Assembly: GCA_045105515.1 (NCBI GenBank)
Contig: JBGCDR010000358.1
Location: 1-39,718, forward strand
Source of the DNA: Oligoflexales bacterium
GTDB taxonomy: Bacteria; Bdellovibrionota_B; Oligoflexia; Oligoflexales; Bog-1112
Direction: 5' to 3'
DNA length: 39,718 nt
Shown here: positions 1 to 9,711 of the stretch, piece after piece
Position numbering within the stretch: the stretch's first letter is position 1
How the letters are laid out: every line of letters begins with the position of its first letter
Position numbers and translations under genes: made by a program
Notes under the pieces: generated by a model
Told to the model about the DNA's origin: nothing
Databases searched by the model: none
Seen by the model: the letters and a program-made list of their open reading frames with translations, nothing else

Positions 1-130
1 TTTTAATAAAAGTGAGCCATTTTTTTTAAGTTTTTTCTTCCTATATTTTTTTTATCTAGTCACTTTTGGTACTGCGGCTTAGAATTTTTCTGACCTATTT
101 AATGAAAAATTGGAAAAAATCTTATTTGAA

Positions 131-397
131 TCAGCCCTGATCCGTAAGGCTTTCTGAAGGTATAACATTAAGCATAGCGGTTCTAGGTGTTTCTAGTTCC
201 ATGTCTTTTGACAATAGTTCACCCCGGCCAGTTAAACCCCCATCACTCTTTGACTTTCTTAAAACCCTTATGGAGCCATTCCCATAGTCTTGAGAAGATG
301 ATTCCGCTGAGTATCCACTTGCTTCTGAAAAAAGTACGAAACATATGGAAATACAAAATAGCAGCAGGTTTATAGTCAGTGAAAATAGATCATTCAA
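131..397 (-). CDS. Possible small exported hypothetical protein (88 aa from TTG at 397)
   Basis: Lies within ORF 131..496. The in-frame TTG at 397 follows an SD-like GAGAGGG. The N-terminus is hydrophobic (LFSLTINLLLFCISICFVLFSEASG) and is followed by a polar tail. No family recognised. Confidence 0.4.
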   Translation of the reverse strand: MNDLFSLTINLLLFCISICFVLFSEASGYSAESSSQDYGNGSIRVLRKSKSDGGLTGRGELLSKDMELETPRTAMLNVIPSESLTDQG

Positions 398-614
398 TTC
401 CTTTACCCTCTCAAGCCTTTCCATCTCGTGCTTCAAAGTAAGTCTGAAGCAAAGTGGAATTTTAGATGAAACCTGTTCTAAATGCAATCTGTTCAATATG
501 AAAAAAAAACAAATAGAACTTTAGCTATTTTTGAATACTTGGAAAAAGTGATATCAAGAAAAATAGTTAATTATTAGAGAGATTCACAAGCTTGAAATTA
601 GACCTGGAATGTCT

Positions 615-635
615 GCCTCCCGCTAAGCAGGAGGC
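615..635 (-). terminator. GC-rich hairpin downstream of the S8 peptidase gene, possible terminator
   Basis: GCCTCC(615-620)...GGAGGC(630-635) inverted repeat 35 bp after the stop codon. There is no clear U-tract. Confidence 0.3.
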
Positions 636-670
636 CTTGAACGCTTGATTCATAAATTCAAAATAGAGGC

Positions 671-2731
671 TCATGAACTACCCAGAACTCTGATATTATC
701 AAGGAGGACCCCTTGTTTAGAAATGGAATAATCTGTTAAGACCCTAAACCTAATGCGAATAGAGTCTCCCGTTTGAAATTGAATCTTATCTCTCAAAGTC
801 ACAATTTTCTCTACCCAACCTTCGGAGTTACCCGTAATGTCTTCGACAGCTTGCCAACCAGCCTCATTTACTGAGACTTCAATTTTAAGGAAATCAAACC
901 GGTACTCCAAATCATAATTGGTATTAAACTTTAACATCAAAGCATCACTCGAACTTGTAATACTCTTGAGGGTTAGGGAAATATCCGTGTCTTTAACATA
1001 CTTTCCATCAGGACTATCGGAAAATACCGATTCATCTTTACCGTTTACCTGAACTATCTCTAAACCCCAAGGTTTATCATAATCCACTTCATCCATCGAA
1101 TCAGCATTGTATTTCGCATAAACAGTAGCATCCACCAGCTGGAAGGGAACGCTTTCTGAAAGGGCACTTAAATTCCCTGCATTATCCCTTGCTCTAACTA
1201 CAAAAAAGCCAGCAGATTTCAGCGGTAGACCTATAATTTTATAGGTTTGGTGAGTAATAAGGGGGATAAGTGCTACCTTTTTTGCACTTTCCCAAGCAAT
1301 CTCATTTGTAATTGCACTGGTAGCTATGCGAACCTCATAGGTACTTGCCTCTCCAGAGATTCCGTCGTCTCCACTACCTTGAAAGTTGATAGAAAAACTG
1401 GTCAATGAAACTTCGGAGACAGCTATCTGCTCAACCTTCGCTGGAGGAATAGTATCTTTTTCGACAGCGTTATAGAGATTTAGTCTGCCCCCTGTACTTA
1501 TTTTCGCCGCAAAACCTTGGATTGGATCAGTCGTATTTAAAACTTTATCCTTAATTTGCTCTCCAATTAGCTGAGGATAAATAGATTTGATAAGAGCAGC
1601 AGCACCAGCTACATGAGGTGAGGCCATCGAAGTGCCACTGAAAGAAGCATATTGGCCTCCTGGAATAGTTGATAAAATATCCTTTCCCGGTGCTGCTAAA
1701 TGAACAGATTTAAATCCATATTGAGAGAAACTTGCTAGTTTGTCTTCAATTGTTGATGCAGCAACAGCAATCACATTAGGAAGATCATAATTTGAAGGAT
1801 AATGCGGTTGTTCATCATTATTTGTCCCGCTATTTCCTGCTGCAGCAACAAATAATATATCTGCTTTTTGCGCTCTCTCAATTGCATCGTACAAGGCTTG
1901 AGAATAACCTCTTCCTCCCCAGCTATTGTTCGTCAAAAAAACTCCCAGCTCAGTGGCGTAATCTATGGCTTTGACAGCATCAGATAGGCTTCCTGACCCC
2001 GAGCCACTTAAGAATTTTATTCCAACAAGAGACACATTCCAATTGACTCCCACAACACCCTTTTCGTTATTGCCAATTGCACCGATAGTACCAGCGCAGT
2101 GGGTTCCATGCCGATTGTCATCCATGGGATCATTGTCATTGTTTACAAAATCCCAGCCTCTAAAATCGTCCACGAAACCATTGTTATCATCATCAATTCC
2201 ATTTCTCGATTTATCAACACCATTTTTATCAATTCCTGATTCTCCTGGATTGGTCCAAGCATTTCCCCTAATATCTGGATGCCTATAATCCAAGCCAGTA
2301 TCGATAACTCCAACTAAAACGGAATCGGAACCTTTTCCAACTTCCCAGGCTTTTTCAGCTTCAATTTTTTCCAAACCCCAAAGTTCACTATAACTAGAAT
2401 CATTTGGAGTTTCGATGGCACGAACTATGGTATTTGCTTCAACATATTCTACATTCCCAGAATCAGCTAAAAGTTTAGCTTTTTCTAATAAGTCAACTTC
2501 CGTAAAGTTGTTAGGAAATTTCAAAAGAACTGCTTGACTAGCAAATTGATGTTCTACTTTTGCATCGATCGCATCTAGAACATTCATCATATTTCGTACA
2601 ATTTTCGGCTTAAATTTTACAATAAGTTGCCCATTCATATGAGGATAGTTAAGGTTATATTCCCTTGACAACGCCCCTTCATAAGCGAAAGAAATTGACA
2701 TCAATAAAAACACAATTCGTAGTGCCTTCAT
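671..2731 (-). CDS. Secreted subtilisin-like serine peptidase (S8) with propeptide, FN3-like and C-terminal beta-sandwich domains
   Basis: Signal peptide MKALRIVFLLMSISFA. Catalytic triad motifs VIDTG, HGTHCAG and GTSMASPHVAG, plus oxyanion AAAGN. Acidic loop NGIDDDNNGFVDD. FN3-like segment DTIPPAKV...VRARDNAGN. SD GAAGGGGG. Confidence 0.95.
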   Translation of the reverse strand: MKALRIVFLLMSISFAYEGALSREYNLNYPHMNGQLIVKFKPKIVRNMMNVLDAIDAKVEHQFASQAVLLKFPNNFTEVDLLEKAKLLADSGNVEYVEANTIVRAIETPNDSSYSELWGLEKIEAEKAWEVGKGSDSVLVGVIDTGLDYRHPDIRGNAWTNPGESGIDKNGVDKSRNGIDDDNNGFVDDFRGWDFVNNDNDPMDDNRHGTHCAGTIGAIGNNEKGVVGVNWNVSLVGIKFLSGSGSGSLSDAVKAIDYATELGVFLTNNSWGGRGYSQALYDAIERAQKADILFVAAAGNSGTNNDEQPHYPSNYDLPNVIAVAASTIEDKLASFSQYGFKSVHLAAPGKDILSTIPGGQYASFSGTSMASPHVAGAAALIKSIYPQLIGEQIKDKVLNTTDPIQGFAAKISTGGRLNLYNAVEKDTIPPAKVEQIAVSEVSLTSFSINFQGSGDDGISGEASTYEVRIATSAITNEIAWESAKKVALIPLITHQTYKIIGLPLKSAGFFVVRARDNAGNLSALSESVPFQLVDATVYAKYNADSMDEVDYDKPWGLEIVQVNGKDESVFSDSPDGKYVKDTDISLTLKSITSSSDALMLKFNTNYDLEYRFDFLKIEVSVNEAGWQAVEDITGNSEGWVEKIVTLRDKIQFQTGDSIRIRFRVLTDYSISKQGVLLDNIRVLGSS

Positions 2732-2917
2732 ACCTAATCCCCCTTCTATTAGCAGACATAGTCTGCCAATTCATAACAAATATTAATTGCCTTAATGGAT
2801 GGTACAAAGTTACAAATTGATTTAGAACAGAAAGCATTTCCTATCTGTTAGCTAGGAAATATCAGGAGTAGTAGGTTTATGTAATAAAATGAAAAATCGT
2901 TACTAGTGATCTTTAGG

Positions 2918-3718
2918 TTATTCGCTAAAATTAGCGTCAATCTCATACCCAGAAAATTTACGAATATTGAGAACCCCAGTATCAAAAATTAGGTATTGCC
3001 CCTTAATGCCCATAAGAATCCCGGTCACCAAAGGATCTTTTGTGAAATTTAAACTTATCACTTTTTTGGGGTACTCTATAACTGGATAGATAAAACTTCG
3101 AATGGTCTCATTTTCTAGTTTTTGTGCATTTACATCAGAAGGAAACAACCCAAATAGCTCAGATCTTTTTGCATATAAATCTATTTCTTTATGCTCACCT
3201 TTAAGCATAGCTCGCCAATTAGTTTTGTCGTTTACTTCCTCTTTTAAAGCGACTTCCACCAAGCCAGAGTCAAAACGTGTTGCAACCCGAGCTATAGGCA
3301 AAGCTTGTACAGCACCCTGATCGATCCATCTGTTTGTTTGATTAAAACTACGAGTAATTCCTACCTTGAGGTCAGAAGAAATTGCTAAATAAACAGTATG
3401 ATCTATAAAGCAAAATTTTTCTGCCCAATGAGGGTCTCGACAAGTTCCCTTATTAAAGTGACAAATCTCTGGCTTTACCTGACATAAATCAGCCTGAGGC
3501 AGAACCTGACAGCAGGGAAAACATAAACCCTGGTTGTAGGTTTTTTTGATCTTACGACCACATTCAATACAAGAAATATTTCCAGTTGCTTTTAAGGTTA
3601 TTTTTTTTCCCAAAAGCCTGTTCAAGGAAAGGCATTCATTCCCAATCGGCAATTTATATTGAACACTGCCTTCGGAGCTATGTTCCGATTGTAGTTTTTT
3701 TACACGCCCAACAAACAC
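2918..3718 (-). CDS. DUF2797-family protein (Cys-rich, Zn-binding-like)
   Basis: CIECG, CFPC and CHFNKGTCR motifs, followed by KVGITR, RWIDQGA, DKTNWR and GIKGQYL, which are characteristic of DUF2797. GTG start with SD GAGGGAG, 11 bp downstream of prlC. Confidence 0.85.
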   Translation of the reverse strand: MFVGRVKKLQSEHSSEGSVQYKLPIGNECLSLNRLLGKKITLKATGNISCIECGRKIKKTYNQGLCFPCCQVLPQADLCQVKPEICHFNKGTCRDPHWAEKFCFIDHTVYLAISSDLKVGITRSFNQTNRWIDQGAVQALPIARVATRFDSGLVEVALKEEVNDKTNWRAMLKGEHKEIDLYAKRSELFGLFPSDVNAQKLENETIRSFIYPVIEYPKKVISLNFTKDPLVTGILMGIKGQYLIFDTGVLNIRKFSGYEIDANFSE

Positions 3719-3729
3719 TCGAACTCCCT

Positions 3730-5808
3730 CTACTTTATGAGCCCACTATGCTTTAATAAAGCTTGTGTAGACGGGCCTCTTTTACGAAAACTCTTAAACA
3801 CCTCTAAAGGATGTTTTGAACCACCTTCAGCAAGGACTGTATCCCTAAAAAGACGCCCTACTTTTGCGATTTCCTTCTCGCTGTCTAGGCCTACATCTTC
3901 AAAAGCCGAAAAAGCATCGGCACTCAAGACTTCAGCCCACTTATAACTATAATATCCAGCTGCATAACCCCCACTAAATATATGTCCGAAAGAACAAAGG
4001 AAGTAATCTTCAGCCAGGGGTGGTAATACCGATGTTTTGCTAGCCACTTCTTTTTGAACATCGAATGGAGTTTTCGCGCTACTTGGATCATATGAATGAT
4101 GCAAAACTAAATCTATTAGACCGAATTGAATCTGCCTCAACATCAATTGACCAGATCTAAAAGTTTTTGCCGAGACAAGCTTCTGAAATAGCTCATCAGG
4201 CATTTGCTCATCCGTTTTATAATGCTTAGCAATTCCCATCAAAGTTGGTTTGTGATAGCACCAATTTTCCATGAACTGGCTAGGTAGCTCTACAGCATCC
4301 CATTCAATTCCATTGATCCCAGATACTTCCAGCAGATCTACTTTAGTAAGCATATGCTGCAGACCATGGCCAAACTCGTGAAATAAGGTTTCTACCTCAC
4401 GAAAAGTCATCAATGATGGTTCGTTGTTGATCGGAGGTGTCGAATTACAAACCAGGTATGCCACTGGAAGTATAATTTTACCAAACTCATCCTTATGCCT
4501 TGGTATACATTCATCCATCCAAGCTCCCCCTCTTTTATTTTCGGGGCGAGAATATGGATCAAGATAGAATGACGCAATATGCTTGTCACCCTCGTCAAAA
4601 ATCTTAAAAAACATGACATCTTGATGCCACTGGGGAACTTGACTATCCGCTTTTTTGACGTTGATACTAAAGATCTTTTTAACCAGAGCAAAAAGACCGT
4701 CAAGCACTCGAGGTAGGGCAAAATATGGTCTAAGCTCCTCATCCGTGAATTGAAAACGTTTCTCTTGTAAGCGTTTAGCCCAGTAAGCAACGTCCCAATT
4801 CAAGACTTCTTCTTCTCCCTGCTCACTCGCAAGGTCTTTCAAGTCCTGAAGCTCCCGTTGAGCTGGCTGCCATGCCGCACTTCTCAATTCTTCTTCAAGT
4901 TCAAAGATGGACTCAACAGATTCAGCCATTTTTCTACTCAAACTCAACTGGGCGTAGGAATCGAAACCCAGCAAACTAGCCTGACGCTGTCTGATTTCGA
5001 GGATGCGGTTAATGGTCGCTCTATTGTCAAAAGGCTTATCTGCGGCCCGCATGATAAAAGATCGGTATATCTTTTCTCTTAAATCTCGACGCTTGCTGTT
5101 TTCCATGAAAGGCACAAAACTAGGGTAATCCAAAGTTACCAACCAAGGGCCATTTTCAGGACTAGACGGATTATCTGCTTCAGGAAACTTTTTATTGTAT
5201 GATTGTGATGCCATGCTTAAATATGAAGCAGGCAGACCTGTCACATCTTTGGGCGCATTGAGAACTAGGCTGAAGTCTTTAGTAGCATCCAATACATTGT
5301 TAGCAAAACTGGTAGAAAGCTGAGTTAGCTCTTGGCTAAGGTCATTGAACTCGTTTCGCAATTTACCTTCGAGTCCAATTCCAGACAACTCTGCATCTTG
5401 AATCCTCGAATCTAAAATTCGAGACTGGCCTTCACTCAGATTTTTCGCCTCATCTCCTTGCTGAAGCGTCTTCATAGCTCTATATATGGCTTGGCTTTGG
5501 TTCATTTTTAGTCCAAGCGCCACAATTTCACTTTGCACTTCTTCATATGCTTTTCGCAACTCTTCTGAGTTCATCACACCATTTAAATGGCTTACTGGCG
5601 ACCAAGAGTGGTGAATCATTAAGCTAATTTTCGCTAAGGGTTCAAACAGTTGGGGCCAGGTACAAGGGCCATTTTTCTCTTGAGCCTCAAACTGTTTTTC
5701 GCTCTCAGCGAGAACATGACGAATACCTGGCACTACGTGCTCCGGCTTAATTTTATCGAAAGCGGGTAAGCCAAAATTGCCTAACAGAGGATTGTTTTCC
5801 AAACTCAT
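3730..5808 (-). CDS. prlC: Oligopeptidase A (M3A metallopeptidase)
   Basis: HEFGH zinc motif, KRGGAWMD, EWDAVELPSQFMENW and GYAAGYYSYKWAEVL. Start moved to ATG 5808 (MSLENNPLL) because SD AGGAG precedes it. Confidence 0.95.
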   Translation of the reverse strand: MSLENNPLLGNFGLPAFDKIKPEHVVPGIRHVLAESEKQFEAQEKNGPCTWPQLFEPLAKISLMIHHSWSPVSHLNGVMNSEELRKAYEEVQSEIVALGLKMNQSQAIYRAMKTLQQGDEAKNLSEGQSRILDSRIQDAELSGIGLEGKLRNEFNDLSQELTQLSTSFANNVLDATKDFSLVLNAPKDVTGLPASYLSMASQSYNKKFPEADNPSSPENGPWLVTLDYPSFVPFMENSKRRDLREKIYRSFIMRAADKPFDNRATINRILEIRQRQASLLGFDSYAQLSLSRKMAESVESIFELEEELRSAAWQPAQRELQDLKDLASEQGEEEVLNWDVAYWAKRLQEKRFQFTDEELRPYFALPRVLDGLFALVKKIFSINVKKADSQVPQWHQDVMFFKIFDEGDKHIASFYLDPYSRPENKRGGAWMDECIPRHKDEFGKIILPVAYLVCNSTPPINNEPSLMTFREVETLFHEFGHGLQHMLTKVDLLEVSGINGIEWDAVELPSQFMENWCYHKPTLMGIAKHYKTDEQMPDELFQKLVSAKTFRSGQLMLRQIQFGLIDLVLHHSYDPSSAKTPFDVQKEVASKTSVLPPLAEDYFLCSFGHIFSGGYAAGYYSYKWAEVLSADAFSAFEDVGLDSEKEIAKVGRLFRDTVLAEGGSKHPLEVFKSFRKRGPSTQALLKHSGLIK

Positions 5809-5838
5809 GGAGACTCCTGAAACTCTCACAAAATTTCT

Positions 5839-5844
5839 ATTATA
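5839..5844 (-). promoter_or_regulatory. Putative sigma70 -10 box for prlC
   Basis: Perfect TATAAT on the minus strand about 30 bp upstream of ATG 5808. The -35 match is poor. Confidence 0.35.
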
Positions 5845-5950
5845 AAAGGCCAACATAGTAATGTAGGTGGTACAAACCCCAACACCATTGTTATATATAG
5901 GCTAGCACAGCCGAGCATGCGCCCTCTAGCCATAAATACCAAAGCCATGA

Positions 5951-5959
5951 TGCTATAAT
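5951..5959 (+). promoter_or_regulatory. Putative extended -10 promoter (TGnTATAAT) for the hybrid kinase
   Basis: TGCTATAAT is an exact match to the extended -10 consensus, 77 bp upstream of ATG 6037. Confidence 0.5.
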
Positions 5960-6036
5960 ATATGGTAGGGAATTCATTTATAAGAATAAATTAATGCGCC
6001 TACTTAGTCCCAGAACCCTATTTTAAGATCCATCAC

Positions 6037-7587
6037 ATGGAACATAATTTATCCAATATTAACGCTATCAAGCACCTTGTAGAATACGATTTTATAGTCG
6101 TTCCAGTAGGTACCAGCCTAGCAGACCTAGTTAAAAAGGCGGAATCCAGCGATTTTGCCTTCTGTTTTTTTACAGATTTACAAAACCGCATCATAGGCTA
6201 TATACCGCAGAGGAGTATATGGCAAGCGGCTTGGAGGAGTCCGCAGCTAGAATTAGAGGCACCCCTAGATTCTCAAATCCAAAGCTGCCCCTTCTTGCTT
6301 ACACTGGACAGCACTCTAATGACAGCTCTCAAGGTTTGGCGACAATCAGGAAGCACCCTCTTCCCTGTGTTTGATCAACAGAAACTGGTAGCTTACTGTA
6401 AGATAGACAAAGTTAAAGAAAATTTAATCAATACAATTATTTGCACCAATAGCGAACTTCAGCACTTTAAAAACCAATTCAAACATAAAGATGATTTTAC
6501 CAATATTGTCAGCCATGATCTTAGAAATCCATTGGGGGTAATTTCTATCTGCTGCGACTACCTATTGAGCTTCAAAGGAGAAGAAGGAGAAAGCTTATCA
6601 CAACTTCAGCAAGAGTTTATCGAGCGGATTCTTAGCAATTCTAAGAGAGCATTATCTCTGGTACAAGGTCTTCTGGACATTGCAAAATCAAAATCTGGCT
6701 TAAGCTTAAATTTCAGAAAAATGAATGCTGCTGAATATCTAAATAATATTGTTAATGATTTTAAATATTTAGCTGAAGGGAAAGAGATAAAGATCCTCTT
6801 AGAAGTTAATAAATCTATCGAAGTGAATATAGACCCGCAGAAATTTGGTCAAATTATAGAAAACCTTTTAGCTAACGCCATTAAATTCTCTCCCCGAGGC
6901 AAGAAAATATTCCTCTCGTGTAATACTGAAAAAAACTCAGGTAAATGGGAAACTAAGTTTTCAGTCCGCGACGAAGGCCCAGGAATTCCAAAGGAAAAGC
7001 ATGAGATTCTGTTCAAAAAATTTGAACAAGGAGAAGATGCTAAGGCCTTAGGGGTAGGACTTGGTTTGTTCATTGTCAGTCAATTTGCTCAACTTCACCA
7101 CGGAAGAATTGAGGTATGCAACAACCATGATAAAGGCTCAACATTTTCAGTTTTCGTTCCAAGCGTTCAAGATGGACAAATAAGAGTAAGCCGTCCCTCA
7201 CTACAAAATCCGGTAAAAAAACGTCTCAAAGTTTTGGCAGTTGAAGACGATGATGAAATCTTAGAGTATCTAACCTCAACTTTAGAAGAACTAGACCTAG
7301 ACATAGTTACAGCAAGTGCAGGCGACTCAGCTTATCGAGCATTTTGCGAAAATTCGATAGATTTAGTTGTTTCTGATTTACGCATACCTAAACTTGATGG
7401 GTTCGAGCTTTTGCAAAAAATAAAAAATATCAAACCTGACTTACCCTATATACTCATCACCGGTTGTTATGACCATATAGATGACAAAAAGGCAAAGAAG
7501 ATTTTTCACGCTGACAAAATTTTACATAAACCTTTTCTTGGTGAAGACTTATTGGACTCAATTGAAGCGATCCTACCAGAAGATTAA
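6037..7587 (+). CDS. Cytoplasmic hybrid sensor histidine kinase (CBS pair - HisKA - HATPase - REC)
   Basis: H-box SHDLRNPL, N-box NLLANAIKF, G1 DEGPG and G2 GVGLGL. Receiver motifs VEDD, VVSDLRIP, ITG and KPF. The N-terminal ~125 aa show two CBS-like repeats. No transmembrane segment. Confidence 0.9.
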   Translation: MEHNLSNINAIKHLVEYDFIVVPVGTSLADLVKKAESSDFAFCFFTDLQNRIIGYIPQRSIWQAAWRSPQLELEAPLDSQIQSCPFLLTLDSTLMTALKVWRQSGSTLFPVFDQQKLVAYCKIDKVKENLINTIICTNSELQHFKNQFKHKDDFTNIVSHDLRNPLGVISICCDYLLSFKGEEGESLSQLQQEFIERILSNSKRALSLVQGLLDIAKSKSGLSLNFRKMNAAEYLNNIVNDFKYLAEGKEIKILLEVNKSIEVNIDPQKFGQIIENLLANAIKFSPRGKKIFLSCNTEKNSGKWETKFSVRDEGPGIPKEKHEILFKKFEQGEDAKALGVGLGLFIVSQFAQLHHGRIEVCNNHDKGSTFSVFVPSVQDGQIRVSRPSLQNPVKKRLKVLAVEDDDEILEYLTSTLEELDLDIVTASAGDSAYRAFCENSIDLVVSDLRIPKLDGFELLQKIKNIKPDLPYILITGCYDHIDDKKAKKIFHADKILHKPFLGEDLLDSIEAILPED

Positions 7588-7590
7588 AAG

Positions 7591-8625
7591 CTATTTAGAC
7601 TCCTTCTCCAGTTCGCCTTCTAACTTAAGAATCCTATGGTAAACAGCAACATGAGTAATTGTGTGACTTAAATCTTTGGGAACAAAACTTACAGTAATGT
7701 TTTCTCGTTCCCCTTCGATTTTTACTAAACCTAAGGACTTAGCAGCAGACAAAGCTACACGATCAAATTTTTGCCCCACTTTCTTTTCTAACTTAGCAGC
7801 CAACTCGGAAACCTTTAAATCAACCTGCTTATCCAATGACTTTTCTAAGATTTCCACATAGCGAATCATACTACCTATAATCCTTAACTCCTTATTACGA
7901 AAATTAGTGTTTAGAATTTTCTTAATTTTTTTTCTTTGGGTTTGCTGTACAAAATAACAAAAATCTCTAATTTTTTTAGCATTCTCTAATGTAAAGAACT
8001 TTCTCTTTTTTTCCTGTTCTATTTTCAAGGTGATCATTCCACAGCTGATAAACACTTTGAATATTTCTTCTAGCTCTTCCCTCGGTCTATTTAGCATCCC
8101 TTCACAATATTCCAGGATAGTTTCGGGCAAAAGTCCTTTCACTTCGTCGAGAAGTACATGTTTATCCTCAGCACATGTAGCAATAGCACTGGCAAATTGA
8201 GAGCTGGTATATAACAAAGAAATCTGAGTTTCTCGAGCTTTTTCAAGTTTGTTTAAGGCATCAGTATACACCAAATTCATGTGCTGCAATCTTTGAGTAA
8301 AGTCTTTTAAAACAATACTTACCCATTTTGGTAACTTGGCAATTATTCCTGATATCTTTTCATGGCTTACAGACATAAGCACAACTTTGGTCTTCGCTCT
8401 GGCTGATGCTAAGCGATTGGCATTGGTGATACATGTAAGGGTTCCCATCACCTCACCTGATTTCATAATTGATAACATGACATCCTTGCCATCGCGGTGG
8501 GTGAAGATTTCTACCTCACCTTCCTTAATGAAAAACATAGAGCCTCCCTGCTCGCCTTCAGAAAAGATTGGCTCTCCAGGTTTATAAATGGATGCAATGC
8601 TACGGGAGCTGACTGGCTCAGACAT
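7591..8625 (-). CDS. Cyclic-nucleotide-binding (Crp/Fnr-like) domain protein with a long C-terminal region
   Basis: cNMP barrel signature YKPGEPIFSEGEQGGSMFFIKEGEV...GEVMG...RLASARA, then a C-helix (VLKDFTQRLQHMN). Confidence 0.85.
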   Translation of the reverse strand: MSEPVSSRSIASIYKPGEPIFSEGEQGGSMFFIKEGEVEIFTHRDGKDVMLSIMKSGEVMGTLTCITNANRLASARAKTKVVLMSVSHEKISGIIAKLPKWVSIVLKDFTQRLQHMNLVYTDALNKLEKARETQISLLYTSSQFASAIATCAEDKHVLLDEVKGLLPETILEYCEGMLNRPREELEEIFKVFISCGMITLKIEQEKKRKFFTLENAKKIRDFCYFVQQTQRKKIKKILNTNFRNKELRIIGSMIRYVEILEKSLDKQVDLKVSELAAKLEKKVGQKFDRVALSAAKSLGLVKIEGERENITVSFVPKDLSHTITHVAVYHRILKLEGELEKESK

Positions 8626-8682
8626 GATGCCCTTTCAAATTATGATGGCTCAATGGAGGCATCGGCAGAGTCAGCCTAAAAA

Positions 8683-9693
8683 TTAAACTCGCTTAAGGAG
8701 GGCAGCACCCCAGGTTAGCCCTGAGCCAACCACTGCAAGGACAATGCGGTCACCTAATTGGAACCTTTCCCAATTACTTGACAGCACAATTGGTGCCCCA
8801 GCTGCACCTTGGTTACCATGGGTATCAACATTGTACAGGTGCTGACTTTCGGTAAAACCAAGTCGTGTAGAAGCGGACAACAACATCCTGAAGTTTGCCT
8901 GATGACCGATAAAATACTGGATATCTGCAGCACTTAAAGAATTTCTTGTCATAATTTCATCTACTATCTCACAAGTTTTACTAACTGCAAATTTCTGTAC
9001 CCTGGCTCCGTTTTGTTTAAAAACCCCACCAATAGGAATAGTTACAGCATCAAAGCCACTTGGGTCAGAATGTAGGATTACATCTTCTACTTCAAGCCCA
9101 GGACTTGTCATCCCCTTGCTTACGAGTGCGCAAGCAGCTCCATCGCCAAAAAGGACACAACTACGCCTATCACTAAAATCCAAACAGGTCGAATATCGTT
9201 CTGCATTAAAAATGCCTACACAGTTCGAGGCGCCGTCGCGCATCAAACCCTTAGCAATACTAAGATTGGTGACAAAAGAGCTACAAGCAGACTGCGCATC
9301 AAAGGCTGTGCAACTTAAGTTCAGCTTTGCTGCAATAACATTTGCATTAGCTGGAATAAGGTAGTCAGGAATGGAAGTACCGCAAATCAAAAGATCTATA
9401 GCTGAATCAGAAAAACCCGACCGCGATAACGCCAGATTCCATGGTCCTTCAACCATAGAGTCTATACCTGGGACTAAACCTTGCTTCCTAAGTTCCGCAA
9501 CATTTACGTGACCAAATCGCACTTTTCTAATAAGCTCAGGACTTAAAACACTATAACGACTGCTAATTCCCGTTCGATCCTCAACCCATTGAGCAGAAGA
9601 ATCAATATCTAAGCTCTCAAAAAAATAATTATCTATTTTGTAGGGAGGATGCTCATGCCCCATTCCAACTATAACGACAGGATCGATATCCAT
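8683..9693 (-). CDS. fabH: 3-oxoacyl-ACP synthase III (FabH/KAS III family)
   Basis: Cys-His-Asn triad (SACSSF, HQAN, HGNQG), plus WVEDRTGI, LFGDGAA and GSGLTWG. Start taken as ATG 9693 after SD GAGG (ORF track gives TTG 9708). Confidence 0.85.
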   Translation of the reverse strand: MDIDPVVIVGMGHEHPPYKIDNYFFESLDIDSSAQWVEDRTGISSRYSVLSPELIRKVRFGHVNVAELRKQGLVPGIDSMVEGPWNLALSRSGFSDSAIDLLICGTSIPDYLIPANANVIAAKLNLSCTAFDAQSACSSFVTNLSIAKGLMRDGASNCVGIFNAERYSTCLDFSDRRSCVLFGDGAACALVSKGMTSPGLEVEDVILHSDPSGFDAVTIPIGGVFKQNGARVQKFAVSKTCEIVDEIMTRNSLSAADIQYFIGHQANFRMLLSASTRLGFTESQHLYNVDTHGNQGAAGAPIVLSSNWERFQLGDRIVLAVVGSGLTWGAALLKRV

Positions 9694-9711
9694 CTGACTA
9701 AACCTCAAACT

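Noticed and set aside
2752..2768. TGGCAG...TGCT upstream of the S8 gene as a sigma54 promoter
   Set aside because: GG-to-GC spacing is 12 rather than the required 10. What remains is a 6-bp palindrome (GCAGAC-ATA-GTCTGC), too short to call.
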